Shown here in pieces: positions 39,264 to 49,738 of a DNA stretch of 64,000 bases. The notes under the pieces were generated by a model that saw nothing but the letters and a program-made list of their open reading frames with translations, searched no databases and was not told the origin of the DNA. Location of the stretch: contig CAXXIN010000018.1 of the NCBI GenBank assembly GCA_963665275.2, forward strand, positions 18,300 to 82,299, in the 5' to 3' direction. Numbering within the stretch: the stretch's first letter is position 1; the number at the start of each line of letters is the position of its first letter. Made by a program: the position numbers and the translations under genes. Source of the DNA: Negativicutes bacterium. GTDB lineage: Bacteria > Bacillota > Negativicutes > UBA1444.

Positions 39264-41162
39264 TTGTCATCAACCATTGTCCACCCCGCACCGGAAAGTT
39301 TGTGGGGTAAGTTATCCCGGCTGCTGTTGGGCAGGGCCCTGCGGAATGATCAACTGGCGGAAGAGAAATTCACCACATTCTGGGGATTGCCTATCCTGTC
39401 CAGTGACCCGATTTCTTCGGTCGCTTACGCCAGCGAAGAAATTTTGTATGTGTTGATTCCTGTAATCGGACTTTTGGCATACACGCAGATGTTCCATATC
39501 GCATTGGCAATCGTTGCGCTATTGTTCATACTCGTATTTTCTTACCGACAGACCATTGATGCGTATCCGTGCGGCGGCGGTTCCTATATAGTGGCCCATG
39601 ACAATCTCGGCGAGATCCCAGGGCTTACCGCTGCGGCAACCTTATCCATCGACTATATTCTGACCGTTGCCGTCAGTGTGGCTGCCGGAACTGCAGCCAT
39701 TACTTCCGCCATTCCCGAATTGCTTGTCCATCGTGTGCCTATTGCGCTGTTCTTCATATTGATCCTGACTATGGGCAATCTGCGGGGAATCAAGGACTCA
39801 TCCCGCATGTTCGGCTTACCGACGTATGCGTTCATTGTTTCCATGCTGATCATGATCGTTTATGGGATTTACAAGGTTCATGTCGGCGGGTTCATTCCGC
39901 AAGCAGTGCCACAGATGCCGGTTGTGGCGGGTGAGATTACGCTTTTCCTAATTTTACGGGCCTTTGCTGCCGGTTGTACCGCGCTGACAGGTGTGGAAGC
40001 GGTTAGCAATGCGATTCCCAATTTCAAACAACCGTGCCAGGCTAAAGCGAAAAGTGTACTGGCTTGGTTATCATTGATCGTTCTGATAATTTTTGGCGGT
40101 ACTTCATATCTGGCGACACTCTACCATGCGTTGCCCAATCCAGACTCCACTGTGGTTGCACAGATTGCCGGGCAAGTCTTCGGCGACAGTCCCATGTACT
40201 ACATCGTTCAGTTCACGACGGCCCTCATCCTGGTCATGGCTGCCAACACGGCTTATACCGACTTTCCCCTGCTGATGTCGCTACTGGCGAAAGACAGCTA
40301 TGTGCCGCGCCAGTTCGCACATCGCGGCGGCCGGCTGAATTTTTCCAACGGCATTGATTTTCTCGGATTAGCCGCTGCGGTTCTGGTCATTGTTTTTGAC
40401 GGGGAAACCCACCTTTTGCTGCCTTTGTATGCTGTGGGAGTGTTTGCCTCTTTCACATTATCCCAGTCCGGCATGTGGTGGCGATGGGTGAAAAACAAAA
40501 CCCCGGGATGGAAACATAAGGCTGCGATCAACGGTTTCGGCGCCGTGGTCACCTTTGTTACGGTACTGATTATCGGCGCAACGAAATTTATGTCAGGTGC
40601 CTGGATCGTATGTCTGCTGGTACCCATATTCATTTATGGCATGCTGAAGGTGAAATCTCATTATGCCATGGTTGCCGAACAACTCAGCCTGCCTCTCAGC
40701 GAAAAGGCTGCCGAGCTCGCCGGCAACGAGAAGCAAGAAAAACACATTATTATTCCCTTGGCCTCCCTCAATCGGGCCTCGTTCAAAGCATTGTGGTATG
40801 CCAAGCGGCTGGCGGGTTATAGTAGCATTCGCGCGTTCCATGTGGCCGTGGACGAGGAAGCAGCCGTAAAATTGCGTCAAAAATGGACGGATTTCAATCT
40901 GGAGATCCCGCTGATTATCAGAGTGTCACCTTATCGGGACACGATCGCGCCGCTACTTGACTATGTTCGCGATGAAGAGCGGACATTTGGGCAAGGCGAC
41001 TTGATTGCCGTTGTAATTCCGCAATTTGTCGTGCAGAAATGGTGGCATAACTTGCTGCACAACCAGACCAGTTATTTCATACGCAGCCGATTGATGAAGG
41101 ATCCCCGGATTGCGATCGTCACCGTGCCGTACCCCTTACGCGAGAATAAATCAACCCAATAA
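39264..41162 (+). CDS. kimA: KimA-family K+/H+ symporter (APC superfamily with cytoplasmic C-terminal domain)
   Basis: By recollection, collinear similarity to B. subtilis KimA. Shared segments include LSSDPISSVAYASEEIL, SYRQTIDAYPCGGGSYIV, IDYILTVAVSVAAGT, ALTGVEAVSNAIPNFK, PLYAVGVF and the C-terminal PQFVVQKWWHNLLHNQ. Confidence 0.75.
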   Translation: MSSTIVHPAPESLWGKLSRLLLGRALRNDQLAEEKFTTFWGLPILSSDPISSVAYASEEILYVLIPVIGLLAYTQMFHIALAIVALLFILVFSYRQTIDAYPCGGGSYIVAHDNLGEIPGLTAAATLSIDYILTVAVSVAAGTAAITSAIPELLVHRVPIALFFILILTMGNLRGIKDSSRMFGLPTYAFIVSMLIMIVYGIYKVHVGGFIPQAVPQMPVVAGEITLFLILRAFAAGCTALTGVEAVSNAIPNFKQPCQAKAKSVLAWLSLIVLIIFGGTSYLATLYHALPNPDSTVVAQIAGQVFGDSPMYYIVQFTTALILVMAANTAYTDFPLLMSLLAKDSYVPRQFAHRGGRLNFSNGIDFLGLAAAVLVIVFDGETHLLLPLYAVGVFASFTLSQSGMWWRWVKNKTPGWKHKAAINGFGAVVTFVTVLIIGATKFMSGAWIVCLLVPIFIYGMLKVKSHYAMVAEQLSLPLSEKAAELAGNEKQEKHIIIPLASLNRASFKALWYAKRLAGYSSIRAFHVAVDEEAAVKLRQKWTDFNLEIPLIIRVSPYRDTIAPLLDYVRDEERTFGQGDLIAVVIPQFVVQKWWHNLLHNQTSYFIRSRLMKDPRIAIVTVPYPLRENKSTQ

Positions 41163-41172
41163 TCATTGCCCC

Positions 41173-41199
41173 AAAAGGCCGCCTTCGGGTGGCTTTTTT
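41173..41199 (+). terminator. intrinsic terminator after the kimA-like gene
   Basis: Stem AAGGCCGCC/GGTGGCTT with a TTCG loop, followed by a T-run. Confidence 0.7.
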
Positions 41200-41215
41200 G
41201 CTTCTTCCAAGAATC

Positions 41216-41264
41216 TTTACAATTTATTGACGTCTATGGGAAATACTTTTACGCTATATTGACG
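41216..41264 (+). promoter_or_regulatory. tandem direct-repeat modules, candidate KdpE operator/kdp promoter
   Basis: TTTACA-ATTTA-TTGACG (41216-41232) and TTTACG-CTATA-TTGACG (41248-41264). Each has 6-bp half-sites with 11-bp periodicity, and the two modules are 32 bp apart. Confidence 0.4.
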
Positions 41265-41321
41265 CGCAAGCATGTTACCATCAATTTGTAAGAAAACCTT
41301 TCAAGGAAGTAGGTGGGAATC

Positions 41322-41420
41322 ATGACAAACTCGGATATTGTTAATTTGGCGGTAGTGATGTTGTTCATTGGCCTTTGCGCCGGATTGTTTTTTTGGCCGT
41401 ACCTGATGCGGTTCAAGTAG
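41322..41420 (+). CDS. 32-aa hydrophobic peptide upstream of kdpF (below the ORF-track threshold)
   Basis: ATG at 41322 lies 5 nt after AGGTGGG. Translation MTNSDIVNLAVVMLFIGLCAGLFFWPYLMRFK*, a single TM helix. Confidence 0.4.
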   Translation: MTNSDIVNLAVVMLFIGLCAGLFFWPYLMRFK

Positions 41421-41465
41421 AAATAAATTATGCTGATTTGCCTAAATAATGAGGGGGTAGTAACC

Positions 41466-41552
41466 GTGATTGACTTTTGGGTGGCCGGAATTGTTTTTGG
41501 GTTGCTGTTGATCTATCTTGTGTACGCATTACTGAAACCGGAGGAGTTTTAA
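41466..41552 (+). CDS. kdpF: K+-transporting ATPase subunit F
   Basis: 28-aa VIDFWVAGIVFGLLLIYLVYALLKPEEF*, compared with E. coli KdpF ...LLLGYLVYALINAEAF. RBS GAGGGGG; the gene ends 1 nt before kdpA. Confidence 0.75.
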   Translation: MIDFWVAGIVFGLLLIYLVYALLKPEEF

Positions 41553-41553
41553 G

Positions 41554-43260
41554 ATGATAATGGACATAACGGTATTTGCCTTATTTCTGGCGATACTGAT
41601 TTTATTGGCCTTGCCATTGGGCAGATACATGGCCAAAGTTTTCACTTTCGAAAAAACGCTGTTCGACCCCGTGTTTTGCCCTATCGAAAAGTTGATTTAT
41701 CGGTTGTCTGGGATAAACCCGGACCAAGAAATGAACTGGAAGCAGTATGCAGGCGCCTTGTTACTGTTTAACGCAATCGGAGCCGTTGTGGTATATACCA
41801 TTCAGCTGCAGCAGGGTTGGCTGCCGTTCAATCCCGAAGGGTTGTCCGGCGTGCCTACCTGGCACTCGGCGCTCAATACCGCGGTCAGCTTCATGACCAA
41901 TACCAATTGGCAGTCCTATTCACCCGAATCAACCATGAGCTATTTTACCCAAATGACCGCGTTGACGGTGCAAAATTTCAAATCGGCGGCCACCGGGATT
42001 GTAGTGGCAATTGCGCTGGTTCGCGGACTTACCCGCAAGACGGCCAGTACCATCGGCAACTTTTGGGCTGATTTGGTCCGGTGCGTCGTTTGGATCTTGA
42101 TCCCGCTATCCATCGTATTTTCCCTCGTTCTGGTTCAGCAGGGCGTCATTCAAAATCTGTCTTCTTATCTGAGCATCAATACACTGGAAGGGGTGGAGCA
42201 AAAGCTGGCCATGGGTCCTGTCGCCTCGCAGGAAGCGATCAAGATGATTGGCACCAACGGCGGCGGTTTCTTCAACGCCAACTCATCCCATCCCTTTGAA
42301 AACCCAACGCCGTTAACCAATTTTCTGCAAGTTTTGAGCATTTTTCTGATTCCCGGCGCGCTGGTGTTCGCTTTCGGCCATATGTCCCGCGACAAGCGTC
42401 AGGGGTATGCTATCTTTGCAACCATGGCCATCCTGTTTATTATGATGCTGGCGGGAACTTATTTCAGTGAAATGTATGGCAACCCGATATTGGCTGGCAT
42501 GGGCGTCAATAGCCCTACGGCCATGGAAGGCAAGGAGGTTCGTTTCGGCATCGGCGGCTCGGCCCTCTTTGCCACGGTAACGACAGCCGCTTCTTGCGGC
42601 GCGGTCAATTCCATGCATGACAGCTTCACTCCGTTCGGCGGTTTCTTTCCGCTACTGCAGATGAAACTGGGTGAAATCATTTTTGGCGGCGTCGGCGCCG
42701 GGTTTTACGGCATGATGATGTTCGTCGTTCTTACGGTGTTCATCGTCGGATTGATGGTAGGCAGAACGCCGGAATACCTGGGCAAGAAGGTGGAGGCCTG
42801 GGAAACGAAAATGGCGACTTTGGCCATTTTGGCCCCATCGGTTGTCATGCTTACCGGTAGTGCCATAGCCGCCGTGATTGAGCCGGGCACTTCAGCCCTG
42901 GCAAACGCAGGTCCGCATGGCCTGACAGAAATCGTTTACGCCTTTGACTCCGCCGCCGCCAATAATGGCAGCGCTTTTGCCGGACTCGGCGCCAACACTC
43001 TTTTCTATAATGTTGCCTTGGCTATCAATATGGTCGTTGGCAGGTTCGGCGTGATCATTCCGGTACTGGCCATTGCCGGCAGTATGGCGGAAAAGAAAAC
43101 TTCTCCTCCCGGCCTCGGAACTTTTCCGACCACCGGCGGGCTGTTTGTAGTGATTCTTGCGGGTGTGGTAATCATCGTTGGCGCGCTGACCTTCCTGCCG
43201 ATACTTACATTGGGACCTGTGGTGGAGCACTTGCTTATGCTGCAGGGACAAATGTTTTAA
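41554..43260 (+). CDS. kdpA: K+-transporting ATPase subunit A
   Basis: 568 aa with conserved KdpA segments [31 protein letters not shown] and [24 protein letters not shown]. Confidence 0.95.
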   Translation: MIMDITVFALFLAILILLALPLGRYMAKVFTFEKTLFDPVFCPIEKLIYRLSGINPDQEMNWKQYAGALLLFNAIGAVVVYTIQLQQGWLPFNPEGLSGVPTWHSALNTAVSFMTNTNWQSYSPESTMSYFTQMTALTVQNFKSAATGIVVAIALVRGLTRKTASTIGNFWADLVRCVVWILIPLSIVFSLVLVQQGVIQNLSSYLSINTLEGVEQKLAMGPVASQEAIKMIGTNGGGFFNANSSHPFENPTPLTNFLQVLSIFLIPGALVFAFGHMSRDKRQGYAIFATMAILFIMMLAGTYFSEMYGNPILAGMGVNSPTAMEGKEVRFGIGGSALFATVTTAASCGAVNSMHDSFTPFGGFFPLLQMKLGEIIFGGVGAGFYGMMMFVVLTVFIVGLMVGRTPEYLGKKVEAWETKMATLAILAPSVVMLTGSAIAAVIEPGTSALANAGPHGLTEIVYAFDSAAANNGSAFAGLGANTLFYNVALAINMVVGRFGVIIPVLAIAGSMAEKKTSPPGLGTFPTTGGLFVVILAGVVIIVGALTFLPILTLGPVVEHLLMLQGQMF

Positions 43261-43270
43261 AAAGGAGCGA

Positions 43271-45310
43271 GTGATTATAATGAATGCCCGAAGCAGTTTT
43301 AACAAGGAGATTCTCATGGGGGCAATCCTCGACTCCTGCAAAAAATTACATCCCCGTACCCAGTGGCGTAACCCGGTGATGTTCATCGTGTATATCGGCG
43401 CCATGCTGACAACCTGGTTTATGATTCGGGATATCGCGGTAGGTGATACCCACTCCGTATTCTTTTCGCTACAGATTGCATTGTGGCTCTGGTTCACGGT
43501 TCTTTTCGCCAACTTTGCCGAGGCTGTGGCCGAAGGCAGGGGCAAAGCCCAGGCCAACTCCCTGCGTAACGCGCGCAGCCAGACCAAGGCGAAAAAGATT
43601 GTCGGCGACGGGACCAAGCTGGTTGATGCCGCCGAACTGCGCAAAGGCGATGTAGTGTTGGTGGCGGCGGGCGACTTTATCCCCAGCGATGGGGAAATCA
43701 TAGAGGGCATGGCATCGGTGGATGAAAGCGCCGTAACGGGTGAGTCGGCCCCGGTTATCCGCGAATCCGGCGGCGACAGGTCCTCGGTTACCGGCGGCAC
43801 CAGGGTGCTGTCCGACTGGATCAAAATCCGCATCATGTCCAATCCGGGCGAGACTTTTCTGGATCGGATGATCTCCTTGGTTGAGGGCGCCAAACGGCAG
43901 AAAACGCCGAACGAAATCGCGTTGACCATTTTGTTGGTCGGGTTGACTATTATCTTTATGTTCGCGGTGGCAACGATCGAACCTTTCGCCATCTATTCGG
44001 GGATGGAAGTGTCCATAACGGTTCTGGTTGCATTATTGGTTTGCCTGATTCCAACTACGATCGGCGGGTTGCTCAGCGCCATTGGAATCGCCGGTATGGA
44101 TCGGCTCCTGAAGCGCAATGTGCTGGCTATGTCGGGGCGGGCAGTGGAAGCCGCCGGCGATGTCGACGTTCTTTTGCTCGACAAAACAGGAACAATCACC
44201 CTTGGCAATAGGATGGCGACGGATTTTATTCCGGCGCCGGGCGTCAGCGAAGAGCAATTGGCAGACTTGGCCCAGCTTTCTTCCTTTGCCGACGAGACGC
44301 CGGAAGGGCGAAGCATTGTTATCCTTGCGAAGGCTAAGTTTAACCTGCGCGAAAGAGAGCTGGAGACGCTGGAAGCCGAGTTCGTCCCCTTTACCGCCAA
44401 AACCCGCATGAGCGGAGTGAACTTCAAAGGACGGGAGATCCGCAAAGGCTCGATTGATGCGATTAAAAAATATATCCACGAGCAGAGCGGTGAGTTTCCC
44501 GATTTTATAAACAAAGCCTGCGAAACCATCGCCAAGAGCGGCGGCACTCCGCTGGTAGTGGCCGAGGGAAACCGCGTCATCGGCGCAATCCATCTGAAAG
44601 ATATTGTCAAAGGCGGAATCAAGGAACGGTTCCGGGATCTGCGGCAGATGGGAATCAGAACGGTGATGATCACCGGCGACAATCCTCTTACCGCGGCATC
44701 CATCGCCGCAGAGGCGGGAGTCGATGATTTCCTGGCCGAAGCGACGCCGGAGCAAAAACTGCATTTAATCAAGGAATATCAGGAAAGCGGAATGTTGGTG
44801 GCCATGACCGGTGACGGCACCAACGACGCGCCGGCGCTCGCCCAGGCCGATGTCGGCGTGGCGATGAACAGCGGCACTCAGGCGGCGAAAGAGGCCGGCA
44901 ATATGGTCGACCTTGACAGCAATCCAACCAAGCTGCTTGAAATAGTGGAAATCGGCAAACAACTTTTGATTACCCGGGGATCGTTGACGACTTTCAGTGT
45001 GGCGAATGACGTGGCCAAATATTTTGCCATCATTCCGGCCATGTTTGCAGGGACTTTCCCGGTATTGAACGCCTTCAATATTATGAAGCTGGCTACGCCG
45101 GAGAGCGCCATCCTAAGCGCGGTGATCTTCAACGCGCTGATCATTATCGCTCTTGTCCCACTGGCGCTGCGGGGAGTGCAGTACCGGCCGGTAGGAGCGG
45201 AGACTCTCCTGCGACGCAACATACTGATCTATGGCCTCGGCGGAATCATCGCCCCCTTCATCGGCATCAAAATTATTGACCTTGCTTTGGTGGCGTTGAA
45301 GCTGGTCTGA
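43271..45310 (+). CDS. kdpB: K+-transporting P-type ATPase subunit B
   Basis: Phosphorylation motif DKTGTIT, hinge [18 protein letters not shown] and TGES-like TGESAPV. An alternative start is the ATG at 43280. Confidence 0.95.
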   Translation: MIIMNARSSFNKEILMGAILDSCKKLHPRTQWRNPVMFIVYIGAMLTTWFMIRDIAVGDTHSVFFSLQIALWLWFTVLFANFAEAVAEGRGKAQANSLRNARSQTKAKKIVGDGTKLVDAAELRKGDVVLVAAGDFIPSDGEIIEGMASVDESAVTGESAPVIRESGGDRSSVTGGTRVLSDWIKIRIMSNPGETFLDRMISLVEGAKRQKTPNEIALTILLVGLTIIFMFAVATIEPFAIYSGMEVSITVLVALLVCLIPTTIGGLLSAIGIAGMDRLLKRNVLAMSGRAVEAAGDVDVLLLDKTGTITLGNRMATDFIPAPGVSEEQLADLAQLSSFADETPEGRSIVILAKAKFNLRERELETLEAEFVPFTAKTRMSGVNFKGREIRKGSIDAIKKYIHEQSGEFPDFINKACETIAKSGGTPLVVAEGNRVIGAIHLKDIVKGGIKERFRDLRQMGIRTVMITGDNPLTAASIAAEAGVDDFLAEATPEQKLHLIKEYQESGMLVAMTGDGTNDAPALAQADVGVAMNSGTQAAKEAGNMVDLDSNPTKLLEIVEIGKQLLITRGSLTTFSVANDVAKYFAIIPAMFAGTFPVLNAFNIMKLATPESAILSAVIFNALIIIALVPLALRGVQYRPVGAETLLRRNILIYGLGGIIAPFIGIKIIDLALVALKLV

Positions 45311-45355
45311 ACCCCATAGGACAAACAGGATAGAACGAAAGGAAGTCGATTACTA

Positions 45356-45940
45356 ATGTTGCGGCAGATAATGAATACAGTGCGAATATTCGTCGTTCTG
45401 ACGGTTATTTGCGGATTAATATACCCTTTGTTGATGACCGGACTGGCTCAGACGGTGTTTCCGTTCCAGGCCAACGGGTCAATCGTAATTCGTAATAATG
45501 AGCCGGTAGGTTCTAGGCTCATTGGACAAAGCTTTTCCAGCGCCGGTTATTTCCATGGACGACCGTCGGCGGCGGGAGAAAAAGGCTATGATGCAACCAG
45601 TTCGAGCGGTTCGAACCTTGGGCCGACCAGCAAGAAACTGATGGATACGGTAGCAGGCAATTTGAAACAGGTTCGCGAAGACAATAATCTTAACGAAACT
45701 GCTCAAATACCATCCGATCTGGTTTTGGCCTCCGCGAGTGGCCTTGACCCGGATATAACCCCAGCCGCGGCTTACATTCAGGCAGAGCGGGTCGCCAGGG
45801 AGCGCAAGATCGAAGCCGGGGAAGTCCGCCGCCTGGTGGCCGTGCATATCCAAGAGCGACAATGGGGATTGTTTGGTGAGCCACGGGTAAATGTACTGGC
45901 ACTCAATCTGGCGCTTGATGACCTCCAGACGAAACCGTAA
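45356..45940 (+). CDS. kdpC: K+-transporting ATPase subunit C
   Basis: 194 aa with an N-terminal TM helix, plus SSGSNLGPTS and ASASGLDPDITPAAA motifs. Confidence 0.9.
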   Translation: MLRQIMNTVRIFVVLTVICGLIYPLLMTGLAQTVFPFQANGSIVIRNNEPVGSRLIGQSFSSAGYFHGRPSAAGEKGYDATSSSGSNLGPTSKKLMDTVAGNLKQVREDNNLNETAQIPSDLVLASASGLDPDITPAAAYIQAERVARERKIEAGEVRRLVAVHIQERQWGLFGEPRVNVLALNLALDDLQTKP

Positions 45941-45962
45941 TGCAAGTGGGTGAATAGCAAAA

Positions 45963-48698
45963 ATGCCAAAAGAAAGACAAGATAGACGTCCCAATCCAGA
46001 GGAACTGTTGCAGAAAATCAATAAGGAAGCCAGCGGTAAACTGACGGTGTTTTTGGGCGCAGCGGCGGGCGTCGGAAAGACCTTTACCATGCTGGAGGCT
46101 GCGCATGACCGCCTGGCTGAAGGTGTAAACGTCGTTGTTGGCTGGGTTGAAACCCATGGTCGGGCCGAAACGGAAAATTTGGCGGCCGGCCTGCCGCGTA
46201 TCGCTCCCAAAACAATAATTTACCGGAACAAGCCGTTGCAGGAAATGGATATCGACGCCATTCTGGAAAATAAACCGGCGATAGTGCTGGTCGACGAACT
46301 GGCTCATACCAATGTTCCGGGTTCCCGGCATGTGCGGCGTTTCCAGGACGTTGAGGAGCTGCTCGACAATGGCATTGATGTCTATACAACCGTCAACATT
46401 CAGCATATCGAGAGCTTGAACGACATTGTGACGCAAATTACGGGAGTAATTGTCCGAGAAACCGTGCCGGATCATATTCTGGAGCGGGCCAATAGCATAC
46501 AGTTGATCGATATTCCGCCTGAAGAACTTATCAAGCGCTTGAAAGAAGGAAAAGTATATATTCCCGGCCAGGTGGAACAGGCTTTGAAGAAGTTTTTTCG
46601 GCCTGGAAACATCAACGCATTGCGGGAACTTTCCTTGCGGTTTACAGCGAAACGTGTTGATCAGGACTTGGCGGAATATATGAAACAGGAAAACATTGAA
46701 GGACCGTGGCCTGCTTCCGGCAAGGTCATGGTCTGCGTCAGCGCCAGTCCGTTCTCGGCGCAGCTTGTCCGGGCCGCCCGACGCCTTTCGGGCGGGTTGC
46801 ACGCCGAATTGCTGGCCGTGCATGTTGAAACGCCCCAGCGCCGCTTCCCGCTGAGCGATAAGGAACGAAACCGGGTGACCCATAACTTGCGTTTGGCGGA
46901 AGAACTTGGCGGCAAGACGATTACTGTAACAGGCGAGAACTTGGCGGCGGAAATACTGGAAGTGGCCCGTTCCCACAATGTAACGGCCATTGTTGTCGGA
47001 AAGCCGCTTCACAGCCGGATGTGGGAACTTTTTCATGGGTCGGTTGTGGACACATTGATACGGGACAGTAGCGGCATTCACGTATATGTCATCCAGGTCG
47101 CCAAAGACAAAGATGCCGAAGCAGGAATTGTTACAGGTATTAAGACGGCCCTGCCCTCGCCGCCGCCGGTTCCATGGACGCAATACGCCGGCGGCCTGAG
47201 CATGGTGGCGGTTATCACGGCTATAAGCTGGATGTTTAAAAGTCAGCTGGAGATTGTCAATATTGCCCTGCTATATTTGTTGCCTGTTTTTTTTACCGCT
47301 CTTTGGTGGGGGCGTTGGCCGTCATATATATCGGCACTGTCCGGCGTATTAGCGTACGACTTTTTATTCGTTCCGCCTATTTTCACCTTTTCTGTCTATG
47401 ATATACACTATATCTGGAGTTTTGTTATTTTCCTGGTATTTTCTTATTTCATTGGCGGACGGACGGAACTGCTACGATCGGAAGCGAGGGGCGCCAGGCA
47501 GCGTGAGAAAAACATCCGCACTCTGTATGATTTTAGCCGGGAAATAGCGGCGGTTGTGAATTTGGATCGAATTGTCCAGGAATTGGCCACTCAGATGGGT
47601 GAAAACCTGGGCCGGTCCACCCGGGTGCTATTGCCGGATAGTGGAGATGTATTGGTTGTCTGCGGGCATTATGACGCCCCGGGCAAAATCGAAAGCCCGG
47701 ATGCGCAGGCATTGTCAGAGGCTGAGTATGCCGTGGCGGTCTGGGCCTATCAGCACGGCCAAGTGGTTGGACGATCCACCGAAACTCTGCCTGGAGGGCA
47801 ATACCTGTATGTTCCGCTGATAACCGGAAACAAAGTGGTCGGTGTCTTTGGCATAAAATTGGACAGGAATAACATGACTCCGGAAGAAAGGCAGTTGATT
47901 AATGCCTGGGTAGGGTTTGCGGCAATAGCGGTGGAACGGGTGAAATTGACCGAACAGGCTAATCAGGCATCTTTGTTGGTGGAAACGGACAAACTTCGTT
48001 CCGCTTTGTTAAACTCTATTTCGCATGAATTGCGCACTCCACTGTCGGCGATAGTGGGTGCGACTTCAATGCTTCTGGAGACAGGAGTCGCTTATAGCGA
48101 AGCGAATCGCCGTGAACTGCTGGAAAGCATTCAGGATGGATCGAGCCGGATGGAACGGGTGGTTGTCAACCTGCTTGACACCGCCAGGATGGAAAACGGC
48201 ATGCTGCACTTGAAAAACGACTGGTGCGATATTGAAGATACCGTGGGTGTCGCCTTGCGGCGAATCGGCGAAACACTTCGAAAATACGTCGTCAAAACCG
48301 AGTTGCCCGCAAAAATGTCCCTGATTCGAGCGGATGGTGTTCTTTTGGAGCAAGTGCTGGTGAATCTGATTGACAATGCCATGAAGTATTCTTCTCTTGG
48401 TAGTACCATCATCGTCACGGCGGCGCAGGAGGAGGATAATATGCGAATAACAGTCATGGACAGTGGGCCTGGGATACCTCAGGAGGACTTGCCGTTTATT
48501 TTTGATAAGTTTTATCGGGCCAAGCATCCGCAGAAAATCGCGGGGACCGGGCTGGGTTTATCCATTTGTAAAAGCATTGTTGAGGCTCATAACGGGAAAA
48601 TATGGGCGAAAAATCGACCCGGCGGGGGCGCGGAGGTAGGGTTTAGCGTTCCAATCCGAGGCGATGGAGTGGCGATCCCGGACGAGGTAGGCGACTGA
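45963..48698 (+). CDS. kdpD: sensor histidine kinase KdpD
   Basis: N-terminal KdpD P-loop domain (FLGAAAGVGKTFTML), a Usp-like domain, 4 TM helices, GAF, H-box ISHELRTPL and an HATPase domain. Confidence 0.92.
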   Translation: MPKERQDRRPNPEELLQKINKEASGKLTVFLGAAAGVGKTFTMLEAAHDRLAEGVNVVVGWVETHGRAETENLAAGLPRIAPKTIIYRNKPLQEMDIDAILENKPAIVLVDELAHTNVPGSRHVRRFQDVEELLDNGIDVYTTVNIQHIESLNDIVTQITGVIVRETVPDHILERANSIQLIDIPPEELIKRLKEGKVYIPGQVEQALKKFFRPGNINALRELSLRFTAKRVDQDLAEYMKQENIEGPWPASGKVMVCVSASPFSAQLVRAARRLSGGLHAELLAVHVETPQRRFPLSDKERNRVTHNLRLAEELGGKTITVTGENLAAEILEVARSHNVTAIVVGKPLHSRMWELFHGSVVDTLIRDSSGIHVYVIQVAKDKDAEAGIVTGIKTALPSPPPVPWTQYAGGLSMVAVITAISWMFKSQLEIVNIALLYLLPVFFTALWWGRWPSYISALSGVLAYDFLFVPPIFTFSVYDIHYIWSFVIFLVFSYFIGGRTELLRSEARGARQREKNIRTLYDFSREIAAVVNLDRIVQELATQMGENLGRSTRVLLPDSGDVLVVCGHYDAPGKIESPDAQALSEAEYAVAVWAYQHGQVVGRSTETLPGGQYLYVPLITGNKVVGVFGIKLDRNNMTPEERQLINAWVGFAAIAVERVKLTEQANQASLLVETDKLRSALLNSISHELRTPLSAIVGATSMLLETGVAYSEANRRELLESIQDGSSRMERVVVNLLDTARMENGMLHLKNDWCDIEDTVGVALRRIGETLRKYVVKTELPAKMSLIRADGVLLEQVLVNLIDNAMKYSSLGSTIIVTAAQEEDNMRITVMDSGPGIPQEDLPFIFDKFYRAKHPQKIAGTGLGLSICKSIVEAHNGKIWAKNRPGGGAEVGFSVPIRGDGVAIPDEVGD

Positions 48699-48699
48699 T

Positions 48700-49386
48700 A
48701 TGGAAACAAAGGCGAGAATCCTGATCATCGATGATGAACCGCAAATTCGCAAATTGCTGAATGTTTCATTGAAAGCCCAGGGGTTTCTGGCGGAGGAGGC
48801 GGCTTCCGGACAGGATGGCATCAATCAGGCGGCCATTTTTAAACCGGATTTGATGATTGTTGATCTGGGATTGCCGGATATCGATGGAAAGGAAGTTGTC
48901 CGGCAAATCAGGGAGTGGTCCAATGCGCCAATTATCATATTGACGGCCCGCGATCAGGAGCAGGAGAAAATAGACGCTTTGGATGCCGGTGCGGATGACT
49001 ATGTCGCGAAGCCTTTCGGGATGGGAGAACTCATGGCCAGGGTGCGGGTCTGCCTGCGGCGGATGGCGACAGGTGACAACGATCCTTTGCTGATCTGCGG
49101 TGGATTGACTGTGGATCTTTCACAACGGCGTGTGACCGTGGACGGGCAAGAGATAAAATTGACTCCGACTGAATATGAAATCATTAAACTGCTGGCCCAA
49201 AACGCCGGACGGGTATTGACCCACAAGCAATTGTTGAAAGCGGTCTGGGGGAATTCAAATTACAGCGATACTCACTATGTTCGCGTTTATGTCGGAATGT
49301 TGCGGCGAAAGATAGAGAGCGATCCTGCTCAACCCAAATATATAATTACGGAATCCGGGATCGGTTATCGCCTTATGGGACGCTAA
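48700..49386 (+). CDS. kdpE: OmpR-family response regulator KdpE
   Basis: REC (ILIIDDEPQIRK...MIVDLGLPDIDG) plus a winged-helix C-terminus (LTPTEYEIIKLL...GIGYRL). Confidence 0.9.
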   Translation: METKARILIIDDEPQIRKLLNVSLKAQGFLAEEAASGQDGINQAAIFKPDLMIVDLGLPDIDGKEVVRQIREWSNAPIIILTARDQEQEKIDALDAGADDYVAKPFGMGELMARVRVCLRRMATGDNDPLLICGGLTVDLSQRRVTVDGQEIKLTPTEYEIIKLLAQNAGRVLTHKQLLKAVWGNSNYSDTHYVRVYVGMLRRKIESDPAQPKYIITESGIGYRLMGR

Positions 49387-49414
49387 TCGCTATTGTGGGT
49401 TCTGAATAAATAGT

Positions 49415-49461
49415 AAAAACGCAACCAGGCGCCGACTTTGTGCGGTGCGGGTTGCGTTTTT
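49415..49461 (+). terminator. intrinsic terminator after kdpE
   Basis: AAAAACGCAACC...GGTTGCGTTTTT. Confidence 0.7.
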
Positions 49462-49738
49462 ATGATATCTTGACCCTTTTAGCCTAAGTCTTGTCAGCTT
49501 TTTTACGTTTACTGGAGATACAATTGGCGGTGGGTATGCTTCTAGTGGATTTGTGAACGCCGGGATGTAGGCGCATTGAACTTTGGCATCGCATACAACT
49601 TTACTCCAGCAGCCGCTATGCTTGGATATCTACAATAATAAAAACTTCAAGAATACTATCACTGTCCAACTAGATATCAATTTTTGATCCTGCGATCAGT
49701 GAGTTGTATGAGAATAAATAGTGGGAGGCATCTGCAGT

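Noticed and set aside
45903-47183. 426-aa minus-strand ORF, plus similar long antisense ORFs at 4740-5726, 3950-4834, 10726-11683, 37988-39107, 42892-44772 and 24546-27113
   Set aside because: Each lies entirely antisense to a + or - strand gene with unmistakable family motifs (kdpD, REC-CheX, dipeptidase, pyrK, amidase, kdpA/kdpB, RND pump). Their translations are Arg/Ser/Pro-rich and low in complexity. These are shadow ORFs typical of moderately GC-rich coding DNA.
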